Shown: positions 1-7,954 of the stretch, one piece after another
How the letters are laid out: the number at the start of each line of letters is the position of its first letter
How positions within the stretch are numbered: the first letter of the stretch is position 1
Virus record (IMG/VR): IMGVR_UViG_3300037047_000060
Span: 1-36,053 of that record
DNA length: 36,053 nt
Reading direction: 5' to 3' (one strand)
From: a virus
Notes under the pieces: generated by a model
Databases searched by the model: none
What the model was told of the DNA's origin: nothing
Seen by the model: only the letters and a program-made list of their open reading frames with translations
Position numbers and translations under genes: made by a program

Positions 1-127
1 ATCCATGAAAAGAATAGGGTACATATACGAAAAGATTTATGATAAAGAAAATTTAAGAACTGCAATTTATAAAGCAGCCAAAGGCAAATCAGATAAGAGG
101 AATATTAAGTTTATTTTAGATAATATT
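1..127. repeat. Terminal overlap. Bases 1-127 are identical to 35927-36053, so the window is a closed circle of 35,926 bp.
   Basis: Direct comparison of the two ends. Both read atccatgaaaagaatagggtacat...ttattttagataatatt, at a constant offset of 35,926. Confidence 0.95.
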
Positions 128-1144
128 GACAAATTTATAGACAGGCTTCACGAAGATCTAAAAAACGAAACATATAAACTTTCTGAAAATAGAATTAAAT
201 ATATTAAAGACGGTCCTAGACAAAAAGAAAGAATTATAACTGTACCGGCATTCTATCCAGATCAGGTTATTCACTGGGCATTGACAATACAAATTCAAAA
301 GGTAATGTCAAAGGGAATGTATTACTACAATTGTGGTTCTGTTCCAGGTAAAGGCGCACTATTTGCAAAAAACTATGTCGAAAGAGTTTTAAAAACGAAT
401 CCAAAATATGCTTTAAAAATCGACATTAAGAAATTCTTCCCATCTATTTCAAATGAAAAAATGAAACAACTATTTAGAAGAAAAATCAAAGATGATAAAG
501 TTCTAAGATTAATAGATGCCATCATCGACAACGGTGGGAAAGGATTACCAATTGGTTATTATACGAGCCAGTGGTTCTCAAATTTCTATTTAGAAGAGTT
601 AGATCACTTTATCAAAGAAGTAATCAAAATTCCGTATTATGTCAGATATGTAGATGATATGGTTTTATTTTCAAACAATAAAAGACAACTTCATCAAACA
701 AAAAACATGATCGAAGAGTTTCTGACCGGATATGAATACAGGCTAAAAATAAAAAATAATTGGCAAGTATTTCAAGTTTCCAAAAGGCCTATAGATTTTG
801 TAGAATATCAAATGTCACCAGGATTCACAAAGCTAAGGAAGCATATTTTTATAAGACTAAATAGATGCTCAAATCGATTAAGTAAAAAAATAACATTAAA
901 AAATGCTAGATCACTCGTATCCATGATGGGATGGATGATTCACACAAGCAACGGCAAGCGATATATTGAAAAATATATAGAGCCATTATCAAATACAACA
1001 AACTTAAAAAAATATATTGGGAGGATTCAAAAACATGAAAATAATCGAATCAGTGCAAGGGCAGATCGAACAAGCTCAAATTCTTGTCAAAGCAGAATCA
1101 ACAGTTTTCATCCACAAGAATATCAATCAAATAGAGCCACATGA
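5..1144 (+). CDS. Diversity-generating retroelement (DGR) reverse transcriptase
   Basis: 379-aa ORF with RT motifs: ERIITVPAFYPDQVIHWAL, NCGSVPGKG, the DGR-typical LPIGYYTSQWFSNFYL (I/LGxxxSQ) and the catalytic YVDD (VRYVDDMVLF). It lies about 115 nt downstream of a template repeat. RBS aaggag precedes the ATG in the copy at 35920-35933. Confidence 0.95.
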   Translation: MKRIGYIYEKIYDKENLRTAIYKAAKGKSDKRNIKFILDNIDKFIDRLHEDLKNETYKLSENRIKYIKDGPRQKERIITVPAFYPDQVIHWALTIQIQKVMSKGMYYYNCGSVPGKGALFAKNYVERVLKTNPKYALKIDIKKFFPSISNEKMKQLFRRKIKDDKVLRLIDAIIDNGGKGLPIGYYTSQWFSNFYLEELDHFIKEVIKIPYYVRYVDDMVLFSNNKRQLHQTKNMIEEFLTGYEYRLKIKNNWQVFQVSKRPIDFVEYQMSPGFTKLRKHIFIRLNRCSNRLSKKITLKNARSLVSMMGWMIHTSNGKRYIEKYIEPLSNTTNLKKYIGRIQKHENNRISARADRTSSNSCQSRINSFHPQEYQSNRAT

Positions 1145-1304
1145 AGATGATGATACAATGCTTTTTGAATACTGGGAAGCCCAATTATCATATGAAGAAT
1201 TTGAACACTATAAAAGCATAGCAGAAGATGATGAATATGATGGACCACTATCTGATGATGAAAAGTATATAATTCAAGTGATTAAATCCGAAGAATTGAG
1301 GTAA
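1035..1304 (+). CDS. Hypothetical, strongly acidic small protein
   Basis: ORF with RBS gggagg upstream of the ATG at 1035 (the track start at 1017 is less likely). Rich in D/E, no recognisable motif. Overlaps the 3' end of the RT gene. Confidence 0.6.
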   Translation: MKIIESVQGQIEQAQILVKAESTVFIHKNINQIEPHEDDDTMLFEYWEAQLSYEEFEHYKSIAEDDEYDGPLSDDEKYIIQVIKSEELR

Positions 1305-1309
1305 TTATC

Positions 1310-1582
1310 ATGGAACTAAAAAAGCCAGTAATAACCATAGGGTTTAATGAAACAGAAATATTAAAACAATTTTCATCAGATGAGTATCTATTAATAGACT
1401 CAGAAGAAAAAAAGGTCGAACTTTATAGTGGTGGTCAAATCACTCAAGGATATAGTCAGTTTAATTTAGCAAAAAAGACTTTCTTGAAAGCTGAAGCTAA
1501 CAAAAAGTCTCTAATTAAAATTGATAGCCCATTAACAGGGATAACAATGGATGTTTTGTATAAAAAGTGGGTGATTGACTAA
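1310..1582 (+). CDS. Hypothetical protein
   Basis: 90-aa ORF tightly packed between its neighbours. Its stop overlaps the next start (ATGT at 1582). Confidence 0.6.
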   Translation: MELKKPVITIGFNETEILKQFSSDEYLLIDSEEKKVELYSGGQITQGYSQFNLAKKTFLKAEANKKSLIKIDSPLTGITMDVLYKKWVID

Positions 1583-3903
1583 TGTATATCACTTTGTATA
1601 AAAATGATCCAGAAACAATATTCACAGCACCTGCAGCAACGCCTAGTCTATCTAACTATTTGCAAATAGTAGAAGGAAGCAGAGGAAGCTTGTGGCAATG
1701 CACAAGAACAGGAAGCGCAGGAGGATGGATAGAAGTATCAAATCCCGGAGGTGCAGTGATGGAATGTAATACTTGCCCACCTACAGGTGTAGGATCTCCA
1801 GGGCAATATTGCGGGTGCTATTTGGGATACTCAAGATATTATCAATATATACCTGAAACATATGTTTATTCATGGACCAAAGTTCAAGATGGATACCCAG
1901 AGATAATCTTTGGCGGAATCGTAAAAGAAGTAAGAGAAGATATTACTAAAAGAGTCTATGATAAAGATAAATCTACATTTGAAGGACTAGCTGATGAAAC
2001 ATTAGATGAACCACTAATCTTTGTAGTAAAGGAAGATGATGGAACATATGTGTATTCTGGATATGTAAACTCATGGTCACAGGATGCAAAAGTGTGCAGA
2101 TTTAAAGGTCTAGACTTCAAAACAATACTAGACACAGATGTAAGCCTAGACTTTTATGCAGACGTTGCAGAAGTTAACTTACAAGTATCTACCATATTAA
2201 ATAAAGTTTTTGATGCATTTGATAACAATCAACCACCTGTAGTATTTAATGTTCCAAGCATAACTACAGATACAGCATACATCACTAACTTCCTAGGGCA
2301 GGTGTTTACTACGAACGCACTTAAATTTATAAAAGTATATCTAGCAACTGCAGGATTGTTTATGCTTCCATTTTTTAATGAAATATCAAAAGAAATAGAA
2401 ATGGATGTCACATCTACTAATCAAGCAGCGACAATTCATCTTGATGACTTTGTTCATGAAAGTACTAAGACAGATACAAAAACTAACAAGTGCATCGCCA
2501 CAGTATCGCTTCCACAGGACTCAGAAGACACACCTGCAAACATTCAATGGATCAGAAGTTCAAAAGCCTACTATGATAGCTTACCAAGCAATCGTAAAAA
2601 GCAAGGCGAAGGTGTTGTAATTAATGAATCAGAATTCATAAGATTTCCAGGATCAAATTGGGGATACTTTGAATCAGAACCATCATCACCAAATAAATTT
2701 ATCAAATTAACTGTTTATCAATCATATGCAGATTTTAATACAATACTTACTACATGGAGCAAAAAGTTTATACTTCATATTCCATATCATCCAAATTTAG
2801 ATATGGCAGCATCTTTCATGAGAGAAAACGGTAGTGGATCGGCATATTTTAATAACACCAGACAAATGAATACGACAGTTCCAGTGATCGAAATTCATCC
2901 ATATACTGACTTTGGACAAGGATGGTTTATTGTAGAATTAAAAGGAACATACCCATTACCTTATGCTTATTATGAAATATTCTTGAAATTTAAAGGAGTA
3001 ACCAATCCGTCAGTAACATTAGGAACGACATTCAAAAATGAGCTTGCTAACAAAGTAATATTTGCAAAACAAACATCAATCCAAAATGTCAGACCTTATG
3101 AATTCGGGAAAACATATCAGCAGCAACCATGGTATATGTATCCAAAAGAAGTCTTACAATACGATGGCGACTATCCACCATATGGCGATGCTTATAGAAC
3201 ATTTTATTATAGTTACGATCACACATTTACAGCATTAACAGGCACACATACATTGCTAACACTATTAGGTACATGCCCTATAGACACATCGAGAATTAAA
3301 GTGTACTTAGGAGGCGATTTAGTATTTGATGGAGTAAATCAGTATGGAGCGCTAGAGTATGCAGAATTGATAAATTGTAGTATAGGTGTTTATTTCGGAT
3401 TTCAAGGTGGCGAACAGTTTTATTTCTACTTTGATGGAAGCTATGTAAACGACTACTACCCATCATCATTAAGAATTGTAATTGATGAAGTAGAAGTCTA
3501 CTGGCAAGTAGGACAGATACCACGTGAACCAAAACCAGTCCCATCAAGAAATTATTTTCTAGGAAAAGACAATCAGATATATGAGCAATTCATTGCACCT
3601 GCAAATCAAATATTCCCGGTGCAGCAGAAAATCATTGCAGAAGAGTTCTTCTACAAAGCACAATTTAATGCAGTATATGAACTCGTCAATTCAAGGTTTA
3701 ATCAAAACATTATTGTGCTAGACAATAGCAAAGTCAACCCGTTAGAATTATCAAATCTAGGCTTAAACGCTCAGATCACAGTCTATGATAAATTAAACAA
3801 TGTTGCTATACTACCAGTAAGCGAAATTGAAATCAGAAACGGCAAAAAAAGTGTTAAGCTTGGTTTTAAAAAAATATTTCTAACTGAGGTAATTAAGGGA
3901 TAA
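1582..3903 (+). CDS. Large tail-associated structural protein (Tal or receptor-binding type, putative)
   Basis: 773-aa ORF. On the circular map it lies downstream of the tape-measure and distal-tail genes. Function is inferred from size and position only. Confidence 0.45.
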   Translation: MYITLYKNDPETIFTAPAATPSLSNYLQIVEGSRGSLWQCTRTGSAGGWIEVSNPGGAVMECNTCPPTGVGSPGQYCGCYLGYSRYYQYIPETYVYSWTKVQDGYPEIIFGGIVKEVREDITKRVYDKDKSTFEGLADETLDEPLIFVVKEDDGTYVYSGYVNSWSQDAKVCRFKGLDFKTILDTDVSLDFYADVAEVNLQVSTILNKVFDAFDNNQPPVVFNVPSITTDTAYITNFLGQVFTTNALKFIKVYLATAGLFMLPFFNEISKEIEMDVTSTNQAATIHLDDFVHESTKTDTKTNKCIATVSLPQDSEDTPANIQWIRSSKAYYDSLPSNRKKQGEGVVINESEFIRFPGSNWGYFESEPSSPNKFIKLTVYQSYADFNTILTTWSKKFILHIPYHPNLDMAASFMRENGSGSAYFNNTRQMNTTVPVIEIHPYTDFGQGWFIVELKGTYPLPYAYYEIFLKFKGVTNPSVTLGTTFKNELANKVIFAKQTSIQNVRPYEFGKTYQQQPWYMYPKEVLQYDGDYPPYGDAYRTFYYSYDHTFTALTGTHTLLTLLGTCPIDTSRIKVYLGGDLVFDGVNQYGALEYAELINCSIGVYFGFQGGEQFYFYFDGSYVNDYYPSSLRIVIDEVEVYWQVGQIPREPKPVPSRNYFLGKDNQIYEQFIAPANQIFPVQQKIIAEEFFYKAQFNAVYELVNSRFNQNIIVLDNSKVNPLELSNLGLNAQITVYDKLNNVAILPVSEIEIRNGKKSVKLGFKKIFLTEVIKG

Positions 3904-3933
3904 GCCAAACCCTTAAAGATAAGGAGGACTTAA

Positions 3934-4314
3934 ATGGTAAAAATAAAGATTGCATTGCAACGACATGGCACTGAAATTGAACTATCAACATCAACCCAGA
4001 TCCAAGTAGGAAACTACGTTGTCGTCCATGCGCCACAAGGACACGAAGTCTTTGGGAAATTCATGACAGGTCAAGTATTGGAAGTATCGGAAGATTTATC
4101 CAAAAGCGAAGAATCATTCGTTCAAAAAATCGATACAACTTATTACGACATCCTGCAGGAAGAAAAGGCGCAATCATCAAGAATGAAAGAGATTCTTGAT
4201 AAGATATGGCATGAGAAAACTGTCGATGAAAAATTGACAATACTTGAAGCCACAGAACCACAGATCCAGGATCCATTGCTTGAAGAAACTAAGGAAGAAG
4301 AAGGTACAGACTAA
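3934..4314 (+). CDS. Hypothetical protein
   Basis: 126-aa ORF with a strong RBS (aaggagg) 7 nt upstream. Confidence 0.7.
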   Translation: MVKIKIALQRHGTEIELSTSTQIQVGNYVVVHAPQGHEVFGKFMTGQVLEVSEDLSKSEESFVQKIDTTYYDILQEEKAQSSRMKEILDKIWHEKTVDEKLTILEATEPQIQDPLLEETKEEEGTD

Positions 4315-4664
4315 TGGAGGAAAAGATTATAAACAGAGCCTTTGCGTTCAGGCTTGGGGATCGTATGCCGAAATGGCTTAGAATCCTTTACTACATCGTA
4401 TTGTTCGGAACGCTAGTGTATGTCCTAATCTGGCTTATAGCAAAACTGCTCATAGGCATCCAGAAATTAGGATACACATTGTTTTCACCGTCATGGTATT
4501 GGCCAATCATCACAAGCTTGTTCATTCTAGCTGTAGGCACATTTTTTGTGGCACAAGTCATACTAGGACTTGACCCCTGGGGAGCGTTTACTCAATGGAT
4601 AGAAGAAAGCGTGATCAGAATATTTGGAGGGGTCTATGTGGGGGAAATTACGAACATTAATTGA
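4314..4664 (+). CDS. Small membrane protein (holin-like candidate)
   Basis: 116 aa with 2-3 long hydrophobic stretches (ILYYIVLFGTLVYVLIWLIAKLLIG; WPIITSLFILAVGTFFVAQVILGL). The start overlaps the preceding stop. Confidence 0.6.
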   Translation: MEEKIINRAFAFRLGDRMPKWLRILYYIVLFGTLVYVLIWLIAKLLIGIQKLGYTLFSPSWYWPIITSLFILAVGTFFVAQVILGLDPWGAFTQWIEESVIRIFGGVYVGEITNIN

Positions 4665-5409
4665 ATTAATCCTTTATTACGTCTTTACAGCCATTGCAGG
4701 TTTTATGGATAGCATAGAACTGGGTTGGCTTCAAAAAACATTTTACATGCTTTCTATAGTGCTATTACTTGTGGCCATGGGCAAAGTAATGAAAGGTAGT
4801 AAGATGAATGTAGAGAAAATGACATCTGCAGCATCGACTGCGGAGCAGGTATTAAATCCAGAGGCTAAAGCGAGATTAGCAGTTAGACTATTAAGATCAT
4901 TCAAAAAAGGAGGAATCATCATGTTTGGATGGGCAAAAAGATTAAGTGTAGTACAAATTGTATCATTCGTCTTTACGTTGTTATTAATTATCTTGGGAGT
5001 GCTTTCGGTCGTAGTACCAGAGCTAACACCGTTTAGCGAATACATTGTTGAAATCCTTGTGTTTGCAGGGTTCTCAGCAGCACCCGGTATCCTTTCATTC
5101 GGTAAGGAACTTGGCGAAAAAGCGAAAAGAGTTAAAGAAGCAAAAGACAAGAAATACGCATTGCTTAAAGAACTCAAATCTATCGATCATGACATCAAAA
5201 CTATTACTGATTTAAATACTGATGTCATTGAAGCTGTCAATCGTATTAAAAAATTACATGCAGGCTCGCTAACAGCAGAGCAGCAAATCAGATACGATAG
5301 CTATGAAGCGCAATTGAAAGCACTCAAAGCAAGGACAGACGAGATTGGAATTGAAGTAGATTCACTAAATACTATCATTAACGATAGCGGAGGTGAACTC
5401 CATGGCTAA
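4636..5409 (+). CDS. Membrane protein with a C-terminal coiled coil
   Basis: The ATG at 4636 follows ggagg (the track start at 4624 is TTG). About 4 hydrophobic segments are followed by a charged heptad-like tail. Confidence 0.6.
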   Translation: MWGKLRTLIELILYYVFTAIAGFMDSIELGWLQKTFYMLSIVLLLVAMGKVMKGSKMNVEKMTSAASTAEQVLNPEAKARLAVRLLRSFKKGGIIMFGWAKRLSVVQIVSFVFTLLLIILGVLSVVVPELTPFSEYIVEILVFAGFSAAPGILSFGKELGEKAKRVKEAKDKKYALLKELKSIDHDIKTITDLNTDVIEAVNRIKKLHAGSLTAEQQIRYDSYEAQLKALKARTDEIGIEVDSLNTIINDSGGELHG

Positions 5410-5989
5410 GACTGATAAAGGATCCTATGGAAAAATCACCAGTGTTGAGGAACTTGTAAAAATTACAAATGAATCCGAAACTAAGATTGCTGTAGGTGTT
5501 ACCGAAAACGGTGGACTCTATATCATCAACGAAGCTGGTAAACCAGAAGCCGTCAACACAGATCGTGCATGCTCAATTTTAGGGGTAAACCTTGATGAAT
5601 TAAAACAAATCATCAGTTCAAGAGGAACTGTAGAGTTTGATAGATTCAATGTCAAAGAAGAAATCGTTCTAGACGCTCCCACAGCGAACGAAATCAACGA
5701 AGACGAACAAGAACCCATACCAAGTGCTGAAAAAGCGGAGGAAGACGAAATTGAAGCCAAAGACGATAAAGCGGAACAAAAAGTCGAGCATCAAACCGAA
5801 CCAGAACCAGAAACAGTTACTGTCGGTAAAGAACGCTACGATGAACTTATTGAATGCGAAGCCAAGAAAGACAAAGCACTTGAAGATCTTGAAGTAGCAC
5901 AAAATAAGATCCATGAGCTAGAAGAAAAAATAGCAGAACTGGAAGTCATCAAAGAAGCTGCAAAGACAATCGCAAAATTGTTCCAATAA
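5402..5989 (+). CDS. Hypothetical acidic coiled-coil protein
   Basis: The ATG at 5402 is 7 nt after ggaggtg. There is a long D/E/K-rich segment. The gene is followed by a terminator. Confidence 0.6.
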   Translation: MAKTDKGSYGKITSVEELVKITNESETKIAVGVTENGGLYIINEAGKPEAVNTDRACSILGVNLDELKQIISSRGTVEFDRFNVKEEIVLDAPTANEINEDEQEPIPSAEKAEEDEIEAKDDKAEQKVEHQTEPEPETVTVGKERYDELIECEAKKDKALEDLEVAQNKIHELEEKIAELEVIKEAAKTIAKLFQ

Positions 5990-5995
5990 CTTAAA

Positions 5996-6032
5996 GCCCT
6001 AGCATAGACTAAAATCTAGCAGGGCTTTTTTT
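5996..6032 (+). terminator. Rho-independent terminator
   Basis: The GC-anchored stem gccct(a)gc(a)taga pairs with tctagcagggc around the loop ctaaaa, followed by a T7 run (6026-6032). It sits directly after the stop at 5989. Confidence 0.8.
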
Positions 6033-6056
6033 ATTGCACTTCATGTCACATAAACG

Positions 6057-6085
6057 TTGACTAAGTAAACGCTATTTGATATAAT
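6057..6085 (+). promoter_or_regulatory. Near-consensus sigma-70-type promoter P1
   Basis: TTGACT (6057-6062), a 17-nt spacer, then TATAAT (6080-6085), with a TG at the extended -10 position (tGaTATAAT). The block 6050-6071 is identical to 17985-18006. Confidence 0.8.
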
Positions 6086-6123
6086 GGTGTTAGTAAGGTA
6101 GGGCGTAGCCCATGGAGGAAAAG

Positions 6124-6303
6124 ATGAAATACGGAATGCGACTAAGAGGGTTCAGCATAGGATGCCAACCAATGAATGGATTTATAAGACGACATGATGA
6201 TCCAACGAATAAATATTACGACATCATAGAATATGATAGAAAACTGACTAAGCAAGAAAAAGAAACATATAATCTAGACGAAATAAAGGAGGTAAAAAAA
6301 TAA
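6124..6303 (+). CDS. Hypothetical small protein
   Basis: ORF MKYGMRLRGFSIGCQP.... The ATG at 6124 is 5 nt after ggagg. The ATG at 6112 is an alternative start. Confidence 0.6.
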   Translation: MKYGMRLRGFSIGCQPMNGFIRRHDDPTNKYYDIIEYDRKLTKQEKETYNLDEIKEVKK

Positions 6304-6304
6304 T

Positions 6305-6373
6305 CGAAACTGGAGTCAACCACCATGACTCCAGTCCACTGGAATAGCCACCCAGTGCTGATGAGATAGGCTA
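6305..6373 (+). ncRNA. Hammerhead-type self-cleaving ribozyme candidate HH-1 (type II topology), predicted cleavage after C6336
   Basis: Core elements: C-GAA-A (6305-6309); helix III c-tggagtc/gactcca-g (6310-6317/6327-6334); U16.1-C17 (6335-6336); helix I cactgg/ccagtg (6337-6342/6352-6357); CUGAUGA-G (6358-6365). A pseudoknot pairs tagcc (6345-6349) with ggcta (6369-6373). The element is intergenic. Weak point: stem II has only 3 canonical pairs (gat/atc). Confidence 0.7.
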
Positions 6374-6386
6374 GGAAGGTAACACA

Positions 6387-6650
6387 ATGACAAAAGCACA
6401 AGTACAAGCAAAAATGGAAATTATACAGGATGAAATATTTAAAATAGAACAGGAATACATCCCAAACTTCGAAGAAAAAAAAGAAAAGATAGAAGAAAAA
6501 GCTGATGAAAGAGAATCAGGCGAAAACACAGAAAAAGAGCAAGAAAAAATAGAAAAAATAGATTTAAAAATTGAGTCACTAGAAGAAGTAAAAGATGCAC
6601 TACAGGAGGCATACGATAAGTATCAAGAACTACTTGATTTATACGAATAA
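6387..6650 (+). CDS. Hypothetical highly charged coiled-coil protein
   Basis: 87-aa ORF rich in E/K, with RBS aggaagg upstream. It is flanked on both sides by the hammerhead-like elements. Confidence 0.65.
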   Translation: MTKAQVQAKMEIIQDEIFKIEQEYIPNFEEKKEKIEEKADERESGENTEKEQEKIEKIDLKIESLEEVKDALQEAYDKYQELLDLYE

Positions 6651-6652
6651 AT

Positions 6653-6715
6653 CGAAACACTAGCACAGTCTAGTGTCTGCAGGAAATAGGCAACTTGCAC
6701 TGATGAGAGAGCCTA
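6653..6715 (+). ncRNA. Hammerhead-type self-cleaving ribozyme candidate HH-2 (type II topology), predicted cleavage after C6677
   Basis: Core elements: C-GAA-A (6653-6657); helix III c-actag/ctagt-g (6658-6663/6670-6675); U-C17 (6676-6677); helix I tgcagg/cttgca (6678-6683/6694-6699); CUGAUGA-G (6700-6707). A pseudoknot pairs taggc (6687-6691) with gccta (6711-6715). All helices covary with HH-1. Confidence 0.7.
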
Positions 6716-6727
6716 GGAGGAAAGAAA

Positions 6728-7228
6728 GTGAAGATACTAAATAAACTACAAGAAGCATTCAAGAATAATGTTTGGATGCCTGATCTACTAACAAAAGTAG
6801 ACTCAGATGCCAGATGGAGAGCAATCGATGTCATAGAAGAAATAAAAGGAATAAAAATAGATTGGAATTGGAAAGATACAGACTTTACAAAACTAGGATG
6901 CAATCCAATAGTCGTAGAATTCTCATCAACAAAAACTGATAAAATCACAATGAAGAAAGGGTTAAAAATTATTCAAAAATTTATCAAAAACACAGATTAT
7001 CAAATAATCACAGGAAATAATCTTGTAATACTAATTGATAAAGTAGAAGAATCATCAGAAATAAAATTTAAAGATACAATAGAGGAAGACTTAGAAGTCA
7101 TAGGTGCTATACCAGCTATAGGTAGTTTAAGTTCTAAATGGATAAGAGAAACAGCAGAATTTCAGAATATAAAAAAAATATTGATAAAATTAAAAAACGG
7201 AGGAAATAAAAATGAAAGTAAAGATTAA
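6728..7228 (+). CDS. Hypothetical protein
   Basis: 166-aa ORF with a GTG start 7 nt after aggagg. Confidence 0.65.
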   Translation: MKILNKLQEAFKNNVWMPDLLTKVDSDARWRAIDVIEEIKGIKIDWNWKDTDFTKLGCNPIVVEFSSTKTDKITMKKGLKIIQKFIKNTDYQIITGNNLVILIDKVEESSEIKFKDTIEEDLEVIGAIPAIGSLSSKWIRETAEFQNIKKILIKLKNGGNKNESKD

Positions 7229-7637
7229 ACTAGAATTTAGAAACGGAATGGTGTTTGAATCACAAGAATGGAATCAAATAAAATCTAACCATCATCTAGA
7301 ATTTCTTGTACAAGAAATGATAGAAGAAAATGGAGTAGAGCTGGGAAAGCCAACTGTGAAATACATAACAGATCCAGAAGAAAAAAGAGATATCGGCAAT
7401 CTGGCATGGACACCTACTAAGATAGGCGAAATAAGCGAAGGTAACTATGTTACCCAAATATTATCCAAACATCCAAGAAAAATCGCTAGAATCGAAAAAA
7501 CAGAGCATCTGGTTACGCTATATGAAGAAGGAAGAAATCAACCATACTTTAAAGCAAACCCAGAGTATCCTATGGATTTATTAATCGATCACATAACAAA
7601 AGAAGCTGTAACTGATTTGGAGGCTTATTATGAATAA
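7212..7637 (+). CDS. Hypothetical protein
   Basis: 141-aa ORF with RBS ggagga upstream. Overlaps the preceding stop. Confidence 0.65.
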   Translation: MKVKIKLEFRNGMVFESQEWNQIKSNHHLEFLVQEMIEENGVELGKPTVKYITDPEEKRDIGNLAWTPTKIGEISEGNYVTQILSKHPRKIARIEKTEHLVTLYEEGRNQPYFKANPEYPMDLLIDHITKEAVTDLEAYYE

Positions 7638-7944
7638 AGAAGTTCCAAAAAGTTTATATGGATATGCAAACTTTATCAGAAAAGCACAAAAGGAAGATTT
7701 GATACCAAAAGAAAGATACATCATAGAATATCAAATCAAGGTTAGTAAAGAAGAATTCGAAGCTTTAATCAATAACCCATTAGAAGATAAAAACTACATA
7801 GAAGAAAATATAACAACTATGTACTTTGATGGCGATGGTGTATGGCACTGCTTACTTGTAACATGTGAAGGATACAGTTATGGAGTTCTAATAGAATCGG
7901 AAGGATACAACTATGCCAGATATGCAGCACTCATCACACTGTGA
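7630..7944 (+). CDS. Hypothetical protein
   Basis: 104-aa ORF with RBS ggagg upstream. Confidence 0.65.
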   Translation: MNKEVPKSLYGYANFIRKAQKEDLIPKERYIIEYQIKVSKEEFEALINNPLEDKNYIEENITTMYFDGDGVWHCLLVTCEGYSYGVLIESEGYNYARYAALITL

Positions 7945-7954
7945 GGTAGAAAAA

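Noticed and set aside
5-1144. The RT as a retron, group II intron or Abi-type reverse transcriptase.
   Set aside because: A TR/VR pair with adenine-only differences lies directly upstream, and the RT has the DGR IGxxxSQ motif. No msr/msd-like inverted repeats, intron domain V/VI structures or maturase/endonuclease domains were seen.
1035-1582. The small ORFs downstream of the RT (1035-1304 and 1310-1582) as the DGR accessory protein Avd.
   Set aside because: 1035-1304 is strongly acidic. 1310-1582 does not look like a basic four-helix bundle. Neither has the Avd-like FPK...RRA-type pattern. This remains an open question in the findings.
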